This document shows positions 32,302-43,283 of a stretch of DNA of 64,000 nucleotides, in pieces. The stretch is from the NCBI GenBank assembly GCA_019828565.1, contig JAHDYR010000062.1, positions 1,436,421 to 1,500,420 on the forward strand, in the 5' to 3' direction. The notes under the pieces were generated by a model. That model was not told the DNA's origin. It ran no database searches and saw only the letters and a program-made list of their open reading frames with translations. A program made the translations under genes and the position numbers. How positions within the stretch are numbered: the stretch's first letter is position 1; the number at the start of each line of letters is the position of its first letter. The stretch is from Carpediemonas membranifera BICM (taxonomy: Eukaryota > Protista > Fornicata).

Positions 32302-34068
32302 GTGATGCAGGAAGCGCGCGAAGGGCAAGAAAATACCGCCTACATGGATATGCTTGGTGAAGAAACGGATATTGCTTCTTTTGCTCCGTCCAATATTGTT
32401 GGCGGACAGGCCTTCAACGAATCCTTGTCAATGCCCGCCTCTCTTGTCGAAATGTCCAATCCAACGGATTCATTTGGCCAGTATGGCAGCTCATTCGGCC
32501 AAATCCCAGCTTTACGGTCAGGGCAATCTTTGTCTTCAACAGTGGCCGAGTTGGTCGACGATCTCGCCTTCACCGCCGGCAACAGCACCGTCAGTAGCGG
32601 ACTGGACGGTGAACACGAGAATCTAGACTCGCTGCTTTCCTATAATTCGATGTCATCCTCGTCTTGGGATGCAAGCGGTTGCCAAGGAGGACCGCTGCAT
32701 CCAGACCAACTTGGCGTTGTACATTCCAGTAGAGTCCAGCATGAGAGCCATACCACTGCCAGTGTCAATATATGGCCCAACCCAATGACAATTCATTGCG
32801 ACCAAGCGGTCCAGCCCAAGACAATGGCCGAGATCTACCGCATGGTCCACGCCAAGTTTGCCCCCTGCGGTCTGTTCCGAATCAACACCCCCGCACTGCC
32901 GCTCATTGAGGGTGACCCCGGTTGGACGAGCGACCACGTGCCGACCCTCGCCGAGCTCTTTACCGGGTCCGACTGGCCCCTGGTCGACCATGTCAACCGG
33001 GTCTGCATGATGCTAACACCGTCTGATCGCATCAACAGATTAACCCAGAAGGTCGTGACGCACATGTTCAGGCGGACATTCTGCGATTTCATGCAGATTA
33101 GGGCTCCACCCCATGTGGTCACCGCTATCAACCAAGCCGTCTTTGACGTCGCCACTGATGTTTACGAGACTTACCACCATGGTTTTACGACCAGTGCAGT
33201 GACTGTCTTTGAAGTCGCTGTCAGGACACACTTGCTCTGGTCAGAACGGCTCGGGCCGCTCGACGCAGCCCTTGCAGACCGCGTCCTATCCATTCAACTG
33301 GTGCACCGCATCGTCAAGTATGGCCCAGACTGGCCCACGCAGTGCCGCATCAGCATCGCCGCCAGTGAGGTCGGCACTCACCTGCACCGAGTCCAGGAGT
33401 ATGTCAGCGGCCTGCCCGCAACCGGTTACGTCAGCCGGCACAAGTGTCGAGTGGTGGCGACTGCTTTCATGTGGTCGTTCTTGTTGGACGATGAACTCTA
33501 TTCCAACAAGTTGCTTCGCTCATGCATGCCCCTCGATGCCAAGCAGATTGCCTCCAACAAGAGGAGCACGAGAATATCCGAACACATGGACGTTCGCCTG
33601 CAGCTACCCCCTGTGCTGGCGGCCGAGCTCATCACCACCCTAGTGTTAGAGTTCACCAAGGTCTGCCAACGAGCGACTCGGAATCCAAGTCAGTTCGGCT
33701 GCGCGCGGTCAATGACAGCGGCTGCGATGCTCAACAAGACGCTGATCTGTATCTACCTCAACCACTTTAGACGCATCCAAGGGAGGGAGGAGCTTGACCC
33801 TGGGTCGCCTCACTGGTACACGACGGACGTCAAGAACCGCGGGAACAAGCTCCTCGGCCTCATTCGGGGGTATGAGTGGGGTAGCCTCAGTTTGGACCTC
33901 GTATGTCGCATGGGTGACTTGCCAGGTGAAAGAACTGTCATCAGTGGAGCGGTGATGCGGGCGGGGGTCAGCGCGTTCAGACTCCCGCCCGAGGCTTCTG
34001 GTATGATCCAGCGGGCACTGCTGGACGCCAGACTGCTGGACCCGTCGGACGCTGATCTGGGACAATAG
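32302..34068 (+). CDS. Hypothetical protein (588 aa), Ser-rich N-terminus
   Basis: Long ORF; no family recognised. Confidence 0.7.
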   Translation: MMQEAREGQENTAYMDMLGEETDIASFAPSNIVGGQAFNESLSMPASLVEMSNPTDSFGQYGSSFGQIPALRSGQSLSSTVAELVDDLAFTAGNSTVSSGLDGEHENLDSLLSYNSMSSSSWDASGCQGGPLHPDQLGVVHSSRVQHESHTTASVNIWPNPMTIHCDQAVQPKTMAEIYRMVHAKFAPCGLFRINTPALPLIEGDPGWTSDHVPTLAELFTGSDWPLVDHVNRVCMMLTPSDRINRLTQKVVTHMFRRTFCDFMQIRAPPHVVTAINQAVFDVATDVYETYHHGFTTSAVTVFEVAVRTHLLWSERLGPLDAALADRVLSIQLVHRIVKYGPDWPTQCRISIAASEVGTHLHRVQEYVSGLPATGYVSRHKCRVVATAFMWSFLLDDELYSNKLLRSCMPLDAKQIASNKRSTRISEHMDVRLQLPPVLAAELITTLVLEFTKVCQRATRNPSQFGCARSMTAAAMLNKTLICIYLNHFRRIQGREELDPGSPHWYTTDVKNRGNKLLGLIRGYEWGSLSLDLVCRMGDLPGERTVISGAVMRAGVSAFRLPPEASGMIQRALLDARLLDPSDADLGQ

Positions 34069-34115
34069 ACCCAACCCACCAACATAACTCGGTAAATGAA
34101 CATAAAGACTCGCGT

Positions 34116-36413
34116 TTAGTCATCACCGCTCTTTTCTGCCAGCACAACGTCCAGAATAATCTCCAAACATTCCATCTTGAACGGCTTGTGCAGAATACCA
34201 TCGAACCCGTCGTTCTGGCAACGCTCTTCCACTTCGGGCGACGCTGATGCAGTGACAGCAATCACTGTGTGTCGCGCCATGCCATCGGACTCCAGGGCGC
34301 GAATGGCTTTGATTGCGTCGTGGCCGCCGATTCCCTTTGGCATGAATAAATCCATCAGAATCAAATCATATCGTCGTAGCTGAATCTTTTCGATTGCCTC
34401 GCCGCCATCAGCGGCAAAGTGAACGCGGCACTGCCTATTCCTGTGACTCAACGAGAGTCGCAGAAGCCTGCCGATGACAATACGGTTGACGTCCACGTCG
34501 TCCACGACCAGCACGCTAACCGCAGTCTCGTCGAGGCCATCGGCCTCATGCGTCATCTGTTGCTCTACCCCGCCAAGAGATGACCGAGCAAGGTCGAAGT
34601 CTATCCCGTGTCGCTGGAACGCGATGGTGGTGGAGACGGTCTCTGCGAAGGAGGATGGCCGCTTGTCCGACCGGCAAAGGGGCAGGATCGCCACGAAAAG
34701 TGCCCCGCCCGTTGGCTGGTTACCAACAACGAGCAGGCCACCGTACATGTCTACGCACACCGACCTGCACATCGACAGCCCCAGCCCTGATCCGCCGTAA
34801 ACCCGCGGCGTGCTGACGTCCTCCTGGGAGAAGGCGCTGAATATGCTGTAGATGCGGTCCTCCTCGATACCCGGGCCGGTGTCAGAGACGGAGAAGGCGA
34901 CGAGGTCAGCGCCCTCCGAGACGGCAGGGTAGTGCGCGGGGATCTCGGCCCAGCTAAACATCGCAGGCACCTCATGCTCCGTAGTGAGCGTCTCCTTCGT
35001 GTCAATGATCGCGACAGACCCCTCTGGGTCGACCCAGCTTGGCGGCCCGAGTCCAAGTAACTCCACGGCCACGGTCACGAAGCCTCCATGGGGTGTGAAC
35101 TTCATGGCGTTGCCAGTGAGGTTGGACAAGAGCTGGGTCAGTCGGAGTGGGTCACACAGATGGACCAGGCCGGGCCTCTCGACAGAGGAGGTCCAAGGCT
35201 GGTTATCCACGGAGAGGTGGATGCTCTTCTGGACGGCATTCGGGTCAAACAGCCGCGTGGCCGAGTGGAGGAACTCGGGCAGAGACAGGGGCGTCTCCTC
35301 CAGGGGGATTGGCTCAGAAGACTCCTCCAGCGCCTCGAGTCGAGAGAAGTCCAGGAGCTGGTCGATGTAGCTCAGGAGCAGCTCGCACGAGGTCTGCATG
35401 ATCGAGAGGTTCGAGGCCATCTCAGAGGCGTCCATCGGCAGACCCCCCGCCTGCACGCTCTCCTCCTCCTCCTGCATGAGAATCGCGGTGCCGTTGATAC
35501 CGAGCAGCGGTGTCCGCATATCATGGCTGCACCGACTCAGGAACAGTCGCCGGTGGTTGAGCGACTCAGCCAGCACCTCGTTTGCCTCTGCCAGGTGTCG
35601 GGTGTGGGCGACGACCTCGCCCTCTAGGCCCGCCTTGGCCTGGGTCAGCCGCTCGTTCTTCTCCTGTAGCTCACTGGCCAGGAAACTACTCTCATACGTG
35701 GCATATGCGGCCTCGGACAGCTGTGATGCGATGACGGAGATGAAGTCGACCTTCTTGTTGAACTCGTCAAGCGGCATGAAGGTAATACTATCCCACTGTT
35801 TCTTGAGCCACACTTGGTCCATACCCTCACTTTCAGCGAGAGCTAGGTCTTCCTGGGGCATGCCACGCTCGAGCTCGACCTCGGTGCGCACCTGCCCAGT
35901 CAACCACAGCGCCATCAGTCGGTCGGTACCCCCCTCCCGGTCCTGTAGGTATATTGCTGCTGATCCGTCTCGAAGGTTCGACAGCCCGCCGCACGTGAAC
36001 GACTTCGCAGGCACAAGCCCATTATCGTCCATGAAACTGGCGTCAGACGCCTCGCACCGCTCCTGGAAGGTGGGGATACTCCTCACCGCGCTGCACATGT
36101 CAGACCCGCCTGCAATCGGGGTCAGCGGCTGGCCCTGTGGGGTTGTGAGGAGCATAGCTAGGTTCAAGGCATGTGATGTGTCGTTGATTAGGTCGGCAAA
36201 TGAATCCAAGTCCACAAGCTCCTCGAAATCAATCTCGGAGACGGGTTTCAATGCTCTATTACTGACATCTTTGAACGGCCTGACGATTTCACTGGAATCC
36301 TCGCGCTCTTTGTAGGGCACATACCGGTATTTGGTGTCAGAAGCGGTGGGTTCCTTTCTTTCTGGCGACTCTATCTCGGGCTTCAGACTTTCTAAGCGAT
36401 CATCGCTCGACAT
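34116..36413 (-). CDS. Hybrid sensor histidine kinase: PocR-like sensor, HisKA, HATPase_c, receiver
   Basis: PocR-like ELVDLDSFADL...SDMC...ERCEASD...FTC...WLTGQV; FLSRCSHDMRTPL; LLSNLTGNAMKFT; DTGPGI; YGGSGLGLS; REC VLVVDD, LILMDLFMP, AVTA, KPF. Confidence 0.93.
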   Translation of the reverse strand: MSSDDRLESLKPEIESPERKEPTASDTKYRYVPYKEREDSSEIVRPFKDVSNRALKPVSEIDFEELVDLDSFADLINDTSHALNLAMLLTTPQGQPLTPIAGGSDMCSAVRSIPTFQERCEASDASFMDDNGLVPAKSFTCGGLSNLRDGSAAIYLQDREGGTDRLMALWLTGQVRTEVELERGMPQEDLALAESEGMDQVWLKKQWDSITFMPLDEFNKKVDFISVIASQLSEAAYATYESSFLASELQEKNERLTQAKAGLEGEVVAHTRHLAEANEVLAESLNHRRLFLSRCSHDMRTPLLGINGTAILMQEEEESVQAGGLPMDASEMASNLSIMQTSCELLLSYIDQLLDFSRLEALEESSEPIPLEETPLSLPEFLHSATRLFDPNAVQKSIHLSVDNQPWTSSVERPGLVHLCDPLRLTQLLSNLTGNAMKFTPHGGFVTVAVELLGLGPPSWVDPEGSVAIIDTKETLTTEHEVPAMFSWAEIPAHYPAVSEGADLVAFSVSDTGPGIEEDRIYSIFSAFSQEDVSTPRVYGGSGLGLSMCRSVCVDMYGGLLVVGNQPTGGALFVAILPLCRSDKRPSSFAETVSTTIAFQRHGIDFDLARSSLGGVEQQMTHEADGLDETAVSVLVVDDVDVNRIVIGRLLRLSLSHRNRQCRVHFAADGGEAIEKIQLRRYDLILMDLFMPKGIGGHDAIKAIRALESDGMARHTVIAVTASASPEVEERCQNDGFDGILHKPFKMECLEIILDVVLAEKSGDD

Positions 36414-36595
36414 CCTCTTTTCTCTCGCCCTTGTTGGATTTCACATGTCATGCTTTGATTGAAACTTAAAGTGCACTCCCAGGAATTGGCAGCTCAGTCA
36501 GCACAACAGCTGTAGTATCCCCGGCTGACGATCTAATCAGTCAGCACGCCGGCTGGATCAGCGATAAATTTTGGCCCCCTCACAAAACTGTTCTG

Positions 36596-39500
36596 ATGGA
36601 TAAGGCGTTACAGAAGCTTGATCTCGCTGTTGCCGAGTTCAGGCGTCTTCTTAATCCTTCAGAAGCACCTCCTGCACCAAAGAAGGGCAAGGTGAAGCCC
36701 ATTTCCTTCGCTACCGTATACTCGAACTGGATCCAGGCCATCCAGGGCTACTACGCCAAGACTGCATCCCCTCCTGCGATGGATGAGTTCCTTACCACCG
36801 CCATGTTCTCCATGCTGCTGCCCGAGACGCTTGTCTCGATGCCGTACCTCTTACCGCTCCTCGAAACGCACGAACTCTTCACCACGGAGGCCCTCACCAT
36901 CATCGCTGCCGGCAGCCCCCACACTGAAACGCTGCTGGAGAGTCTGGGTGCCGTGGGGACTCTTCCATCGCCCATGGACACGGGCTATCTGTCCACCATC
37001 CACCGGGAGGCCCTCAAGACTCTGCTCGGCTCCACCCAGCACTGCGAATGGGCTGCGGAGAGATTGCTGCAGTACAGGATCAAGCCCTCGTCGTTCCTGG
37101 ACGAGCTCGTAGACTCAGCCTTCGGATGCGACCCCATTGCCGCCGACTCTGCCCTCTGGGTGTGGCTCCACCGCGTCGGGTGCACCTCAGTCGACGCACT
37201 CACCACCGCAGTCGGGCCTGACAAGCCGCTGTCCCGACTTCTGGCCCTGCTCGAGTACACGGACGCCAAGGGCGACCACCCCTTCCACGTCGGCCTGCAC
37301 GACGTCGTCATGGCCTGGCTCGCCGCACCGGCCAGCGCATCCCGCCAGACGATCGTGGACTCCATCACGGACACCCGGCTGCCGGCCGAGCTTATGTATG
37401 ACTGTCTCTACGCCCTCGGCCACAGCGATGCCTACGAGCAGCGCAAGGCACTCCGCACCATCCATGCCGCCATCGACGCCGGCGCCCCGTTGGACCTGGC
37501 CCAGGCGGTGCGGGTGATCACGCCAGACCTGACAGCCACCTCCCTCGCTGATCTCGTCGGCCTGATCATGCGGGGCGGGGGCCGTTACGAGGACCTACTG
37601 CCCCTCTGGTCTGCACTCGCCGGCCACTACTTCGAGGCAGCTGACCCGACCATCGCGCCCGTGTTTTGCGGGGCCATGTCCCGGGCTGTGGAAGCTGACA
37701 CTCTCCTGACGCTGACCCAGCCCGCCATGAAGCTGCTGCTGCACTTGGCATCGCAGACTTCTGCCACGACAGACATTGCTGTCGGGTGCATTCTGGGTCT
37801 CACCGAGGGTCCGCACGCCGCCTCGAACGGCCCCCAGCTTCTCCGTCTTCTGCAGCCGTACCTCCTCCGCCCCATCCTCGAACGGTGCAGCAACGGAGCC
37901 GCCTCCCTGCTCGACGGCCGCCTCCTTGCAGGCATGGCTGCCAAGGACACCACCCTCCTCGACCAGGCGGTGTCCTACTGGTTTGAGACCCCCGACCCTG
38001 CCCTGCGGCTCCAGGGCGCTCGCACCGTCCCGGGGCTGTTGAAGCTCATGGCTGAGGTCGACGCCACAGACCTGGATGACGTGCTCGGCCGTGCTTTCGT
38101 GTACACACTCCGGGGGACCGTTGACCCGGCTGTGTCTGTCCGCGCAGCCGCCGCAGCTGGTATCGTCTCCCTGGGCAGCAGCATCACGGCCGCCCTCCGG
38201 TGGACGACGAACTCTGCAGTCACTAAGGCCGAGCCGCCCGTCAGGCAGGCCGTGCTGAAGAGCTGCCTCGTTGCTGCTGGGGCCAACCGCCTCCCGCCCA
38301 TCACTGCCCCCACGCTACACGCTCTCGCCGCCGCCATCGAGGCCGCATCGGCCGGGGAGCACGCGATTGTCCGCGACAACAGTCTGGCCCTGCTTATCTC
38401 CCTGCCGATCGCCCAGGCGACTGTCCTCGGCCTCGAGGCGGTGGGCGACGGCCTGATCGACATGGTTGGCACTCTGGTCGAGTCGTTCGACCGGTTCAGG
38501 GGCTCAGTCCTGACCCTCATCCTCACCGACCTCACCACGCTCCTCTCCAAGCACCCTGTCGTCGCAGGGGACCTCGCCGTCCTTGTCCCAAAACTGCTGG
38601 TCGTGGCCGACGATCTGGGCGATTACTGCACGCCGACCGACTCAACTGAGGCATGTGCGGCCATGCGCATGCTTCGGGCATTCACCTCGCTGGCCCCCGA
38701 CACCGTCCGGGACCGCGTCGATGCTATCATGGCCGTTGGCGAGGGTATTATTGAACCCTCCCGCGCCCTTGACGACGCTGTTGTCGTCGAGGCACTCAAG
38801 TTGATCCAGTCAATCTTCATGGGGCAGTTCACTGACATCCTCTCCAAGCCCGGCGATGTGCTGGTGGCAGACGGCGAGGAGTTCGCCCCGGAAACTCCGG
38901 TCAGCGATGACGAGGCCCCCTCTGCATTTGTCCCGGCAACCCCGGAGCACAGGACTGAGGGCCGCGCCACACCCGGTCAGGCGGCTGGCCTACGCTGGCT
39001 TGCTTCCATTGGCAAGGCGTATCTCACACGGACGCTCTCGTACGGCGAGGCCACGACGCCTCTCCCGGACACCCTCGTCGTCGCCGCCTTTCGTGACGCC
39101 ATCCACGCCATCTGGGCGGAGATCATCGGTACCGCCAACAGAGAGATCGGCGGTCACGTCGCCAGCCAGATCCGTGGCACCCGCGACGCCCGCTCCATGA
39201 CGGAAGTCTCACTTGCCCTCTCCCGCGGCCGTTTGCACTCCTCCGATGCCGACGCCGCCGCGGTCACGGCCACCCTGTGCAGCTTGGGCCCCGCGGCCAT
39301 CGGACTTATGACCGACCTCGCCCTACAAGGCGCCGCTGCCCGCCCTGTCGAGCAGGCGCTGCTGAAGGTACTGGGCCTGACCGCCACCGAGAGCGACCAG
39401 ACCGGCCACGCGCTGTCGGTGGTTGCCGGGCTCGTAGTGTCAATGCGCGGCTGGTCACTCGCCGATGAGTATCTCGACGACGTTGCCCTGAGGCTCTCCG

Positions 39501-40570
39501 TCGTCGCCAACAAGATGGCCGCGCCCAAGGCGGATCTCTCGGCGCTGGGCACCGTCGCCGCGGCCCTCGTCCCCATTGTAGCAACGATCATCCGTGTCAT
39601 GGAGCCCGAGGACGTCAGACGGACAGCGCTAGTTGACAGTCTCAACGTGTTCATCAGCAAGGCCGCGTCCATCACAAAGAGGGACGTCCAACGTGTCCTC
39701 GTCTCGACCTGCGCCAACGAGCAGCTTTGTCTCGACATGGTCCACCTCCTCATCGGCCGCGCCATCAACGCCGGCCTCGCTGGCGACACATCTGCTATCC
39801 CGGCCCTTGCAAGCGCCCTGGTACCGTTCACGGCTGAATCGCAGGCGGCTATCGACGTTTTCGACACACTTCATGCCGCGGAAACAGCCGAGCAGCCCAT
39901 AGGCGGGCCCGTCACTCTGCCCGAGTCCGCGGTCAGTCCGTACGGCTTCGCTCTTGCCTTTGCTGACCTCATATGCGCCGAGCCGGTCCGGAACTTTATC
40001 GAGACCCCGGACGAGGCTGCTATTGTCGGCAAGAACCAGATATTCGAGCTCATCAAGGCCGTGGCAGCCTTAGGCGCGATCGAGCCCGACGGTACTTGGT
40101 ATACTCCCACTAAAGCCACCGCGCCCAGCTCGGGCAAGGCGAAGAAGGCGAAGGGGAAGAAGGCCAAGCCTGCCAAGGGCCCCGTCCGCATCGCCCAGGT
40201 CGCGTGGGCTCATCTGGCCGGGGCGACCGTCTACCCCGACCCCGTGCCCTTCGAGATGACCGCGCTCGGTGTAGCCATGCTGTCGGCGATGCTGGTCAGT
40301 GGCGTGGACGTACTGGTGGACTCTGCGGCTGCTCAGGTGCCCGCCATCGTGTCCCAGGTCATCGAGGACGCGCAAGCCATTTCAGAGGATGTACTCGGCA
40401 TGCTAGGCCTGCTACTCGACTCGATAGCAGTCGGCCGCGTGTGCTATGCCGACTATCTGAGAGCCAAGCACGCCATGTCCGGTGTTGTTGAGACGACCGA
40501 GGGTTTTGGGTCGGATAACGTTGATGGGGTGAAGATGGCCATCCGCAGGGCTTTGTCCCGCCCCTTGTGA
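36596..40570 (+). CDS. Large alpha-helical (HEAT/ARM-like) protein
   Basis: 1324-aa ORF, Leu/Ala-rich helices, HEAT-like DPALRLQGA and DPAVSVRAAAAAGI. Confidence 0.7.
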   Translation: MDKALQKLDLAVAEFRRLLNPSEAPPAPKKGKVKPISFATVYSNWIQAIQGYYAKTASPPAMDEFLTTAMFSMLLPETLVSMPYLLPLLETHELFTTEALTIIAAGSPHTETLLESLGAVGTLPSPMDTGYLSTIHREALKTLLGSTQHCEWAAERLLQYRIKPSSFLDELVDSAFGCDPIAADSALWVWLHRVGCTSVDALTTAVGPDKPLSRLLALLEYTDAKGDHPFHVGLHDVVMAWLAAPASASRQTIVDSITDTRLPAELMYDCLYALGHSDAYEQRKALRTIHAAIDAGAPLDLAQAVRVITPDLTATSLADLVGLIMRGGGRYEDLLPLWSALAGHYFEAADPTIAPVFCGAMSRAVEADTLLTLTQPAMKLLLHLASQTSATTDIAVGCILGLTEGPHAASNGPQLLRLLQPYLLRPILERCSNGAASLLDGRLLAGMAAKDTTLLDQAVSYWFETPDPALRLQGARTVPGLLKLMAEVDATDLDDVLGRAFVYTLRGTVDPAVSVRAAAAAGIVSLGSSITAALRWTTNSAVTKAEPPVRQAVLKSCLVAAGANRLPPITAPTLHALAAAIEAASAGEHAIVRDNSLALLISLPIAQATVLGLEAVGDGLIDMVGTLVESFDRFRGSVLTLILTDLTTLLSKHPVVAGDLAVLVPKLLVVADDLGDYCTPTDSTEACAAMRMLRAFTSLAPDTVRDRVDAIMAVGEGIIEPSRALDDAVVVEALKLIQSIFMGQFTDILSKPGDVLVADGEEFAPETPVSDDEAPSAFVPATPEHRTEGRATPGQAAGLRWLASIGKAYLTRTLSYGEATTPLPDTLVVAAFRDAIHAIWAEIIGTANREIGGHVASQIRGTRDARSMTEVSLALSRGRLHSSDADAAAVTATLCSLGPAAIGLMTDLALQGAAARPVEQALLKVLGLTATESDQTGHALSVVAGLVVSMRGWSLADEYLDDVALRLSVVANKMAAPKADLSALGTVAAALVPIVATIIRVMEPEDVRRTALVDSLNVFISKAASITKRDVQRVLVSTCANEQLCLDMVHLLIGRAINAGLAGDTSAIPALASALVPFTAESQAAIDVFDTLHAAETAEQPIGGPVTLPESAVSPYGFALAFADLICAEPVRNFIETPDEAAIVGKNQIFELIKAVAALGAIEPDGTWYTPTKATAPSSGKAKKAKGKKAKPAKGPVRIAQVAWAHLAGATVYPDPVPFEMTALGVAMLSAMLVSGVDVLVDSAAAQVPAIVSQVIEDAQAISEDVLGMLGLLLDSIAVGRVCYADYLRAKHAMSGVVETTEGFGSDNVDGVKMAIRRALSRPL

Positions 40571-40650
40571 TAAATGCTACCATATAGGGCTTGGATGCCT
40601 TGGCCGCGGTGCACGTGGCAAACCTGCGCGTCCAGTTTCGGAGATGATCG

Positions 40651-41877
40651 ATGGGGATACAAAAGATCGTTCCAAAGCCCGCCAGAACAGTTATTTCTAC
40701 AATATGGACGCTTGTATTCAAGCGCCCTAACCCTCTGGTGATCTTATTCTACCTGGGACTCTGGCTTGGCTCCGCTGTGCTGTCCTATTATGTATTTATG
40801 CATCCCTGGTCCGCCCCAGTGCAGTCAAATGGCCAATACATGCGTGTAGAACAGCCCCCATTCATCCGTCCCCTTTTCGATGACGAGCCCGAGCTTTTTA
40901 TGAAGAACCTGAATGTCTTGCGGTTTAGCCCCCTGTACAGGCTAGTCATGCCCGTTGGGTACCTCTTAGCAGGCGGCCTCTTTCTCCTTCTCGTATTCAG
41001 TGACCCTGGCTTCGTCGACCGTCTGAAGCCGTCCGAGAAGCATCTCCTGGACGTGCCCTACGACAACCAGTTCTACCAGCCCCAGCCCTGCGTCACCTGC
41101 CAGCACACTAAGCCCGCCCGGTCCAAGCACTGCCGCTACTGCAACACCTGCGTCCTTCGGTTCGACCACCACTGCATTTGGCTCAACAACGACGTCGGCC
41201 TCTTCAACCACGGCTGGTTCCTCCTCTTCCTGCTCTTCCATTCCGTCGGGATGGGCGCCATCGTCGTATACCAGTGCCGTATCTTCGCATCGATGCTCCG
41301 CGCCTTCGGTCTGCCCCTCACGTTCCGGGCCATCAAGATGCTCGGCAAGTACCTCCTCACGTACATCCCATTCTTCGCCATGGCCGCCCTGTTCAACGCC
41401 ACCATGGCTGTGGCCCTCGGGCTGTTCTTCCTGATGCACCTGTGGATGATGTCCAAGAACGTCACCACGAACGAGATGGCCAAGCGCCAGACAGTGCAGA
41501 TGGACCTCCATGCCCGCCGCCAGACGTATCTCCTCTGGAGCCAGAGCACCGCTGTCGGCCAGCTCGCCAGGCTCGAGCACGAGACGCCCCAGCCGCTGTG
41601 GAAGCTGCTGCCTGATATGTACGACAAGCCCAAGACCGCCCGGGAGCGGGAGGCAGCCCCGCGGTACTACAAGGTGGACAAGAAAGAGGCCAAGCGGACC
41701 TTTCTGTACAACCACTACAGGGCGGGGCGGGTCAGCAACATCGTCAGCACCCTGCGCCACACCAAGCTCAGGTTCGACGCCCAGCGTACAGTGAGGCGGC
41801 TGATGTTCATCCAGAACGAGGCGTACGACAGGGCCAAGGAGGTCGCGTGCGAGCAGCTGGACAAGAAGGAGGAGTAG
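40651..41877 (+). CDS. DHHC palmitoyltransferase (Swf1-like)
   Basis: SDPG, CVTC..KPARSKHCRYCNTCVLRFDHHCIWLNNDVG, NVTTNE, four TM segments. Confidence 0.95.
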   Translation: MGIQKIVPKPARTVISTIWTLVFKRPNPLVILFYLGLWLGSAVLSYYVFMHPWSAPVQSNGQYMRVEQPPFIRPLFDDEPELFMKNLNVLRFSPLYRLVMPVGYLLAGGLFLLLVFSDPGFVDRLKPSEKHLLDVPYDNQFYQPQPCVTCQHTKPARSKHCRYCNTCVLRFDHHCIWLNNDVGLFNHGWFLLFLLFHSVGMGAIVVYQCRIFASMLRAFGLPLTFRAIKMLGKYLLTYIPFFAMAALFNATMAVALGLFFLMHLWMMSKNVTTNEMAKRQTVQMDLHARRQTYLLWSQSTAVGQLARLEHETPQPLWKLLPDMYDKPKTAREREAAPRYYKVDKKEAKRTFLYNHYRAGRVSNIVSTLRHTKLRFDAQRTVRRLMFIQNEAYDRAKEVACEQLDKKEE

Positions 41878-41966
41878 TGTAGTAAAGGCTCACCATGGGT
41901 TGACGTGGGGCGACTCCGACCGGCGGCGACAATGCAAAGTGGTTTGCGAGTTGACACTCAGTGGCA

Positions 41967-42560
41967 ATGGACGCCAAACCACCGAACCTCCAGCCGCAAG
42001 ACCTTTCTCGGAGAGAGCAAATGGTTTTATACAAGCGATTCCTGCTCCTTGTTACCGTTTTGGAGTTCGTCATCCTTGTTTCTACCTACATCTCGTCGTT
42101 CGGCCTTCTATGCCTCGCTCCCATCATCATGTTCACCCTTTTGTTCGAGCAAAAGAGCCACAAGCTCCTCCTACTCTCTCTGTGCTTCCTCCAGTTCAGC
42201 TCCGCGCTCGTCTTTGACGCTGATAGCAGCCTGCTCACACTTCCCTGGTTCCTCCTGCGGTCCCCGCCTCCCCTGGTCCATGCCATGCCCAAGGAGATCG
42301 ATAGGCTGCTCATAGTCGTCGTACACCATGCCCTCTTCGTCGGCTGCGTCTACCTCACAACCTGCTGTGACTGCCCGGCGTTCTCGGTCGACACGATCAT
42401 CAGCTCGTATCTGCAGCCCGTCACTGCTGCTGCGGAGTCAGACCAGCAGGCCTCCATGGTGGTGGGCCGCTACTCGAGCAGACTGAGGGAGCTCACGGAT
42501 ACGTTGAGACAGCGGGGCATTGACCTCACAACTCGCCAGGAGGACACGGAAGACGACTGA
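41967..42560 (+). CDS. Small multi-pass membrane protein of unknown function
   Basis: ATG at 41967 (MDAKPP); three to four hydrophobic segments. Confidence 0.6.
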   Translation: MDAKPPNLQPQDLSRREQMVLYKRFLLLVTVLEFVILVSTYISSFGLLCLAPIIMFTLLFEQKSHKLLLLSLCFLQFSSALVFDADSSLLTLPWFLLRSPPPLVHAMPKEIDRLLIVVVHHALFVGCVYLTTCCDCPAFSVDTIISSYLQPVTAAAESDQQASMVVGRYSSRLRELTDTLRQRGIDLTTRQEDTEDD

Positions 42561-42674
42561 TGGTGTGTTACGCTGCTGCAAATCGGATAGCCCTTGAACA
42601 TTTTCGCTAAAATTTTTCCTGCCCGCAGAATTTGAGGTTGTCATAACCACTTTTCACCCCAAACCACACCACAA

Positions 42675-43283
42675 ATGTCTGATCAGCCATACCGCGCCCC
42701 CAAGCTTGGCATGGACAAGGATTCGAACGATCGAATGGCGTCGAAGTTCAACAAGCAGACCGCTGACGAGGCACTCGCCTGGATCTCTCAGATCACCGGC
42801 GACAAGCTCGAAGAGGACTTCCACGAGGTTCTCAAGGATGGTATTGCTCTTGCAAAGGTTTGTTACTAACTAATTCTCGTTTCGGACTTTCTCACATAGG
42901 TCATGAATGCCGTCCAGCCCGGGAGCGTCAAGGTCACGAACGGCAAAAGCCCCTTTGTGTGCATGGAGCGCGCGACTCAGTTCATAGCCGCTGCCCGCAA
43001 GTATGGCGTCCCGGAAGCTGACCTCTTCTCGACTGTCGACCTTTGGGAGGCTCAAAACCTCACCCAGGTGCTCCAGACGATCGAGTCACTCGGCCGCGTC
43101 GCCCAGAAGAAGGGCGCCTCCGTTCCCAAGTTCGGCGTCAAGCTCGCGACCCAGTCCAAGCTCAACATCAGCGAGGCCAACCGCCGCCGCGCTGCTGAGG
43201 CCCCCACGATGATGACTGATGTCGGCGTCCCGATCGAGCGGGAGGTGAGCCTGAAGCACGAGATCAACAAGATCGTCAAGTAA
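42675..43283 (+). CDS. Calponin-homology protein (transgelin/myophilin-like); intron 42858-42899
   Basis: EALAWI, VLKDGIALAK|VMNAVQPG, YGVPEADLFSTVDLWEAQNLTQVL. The 42-nt GT...CACATAG intron contains stops. Confidence 0.92.
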
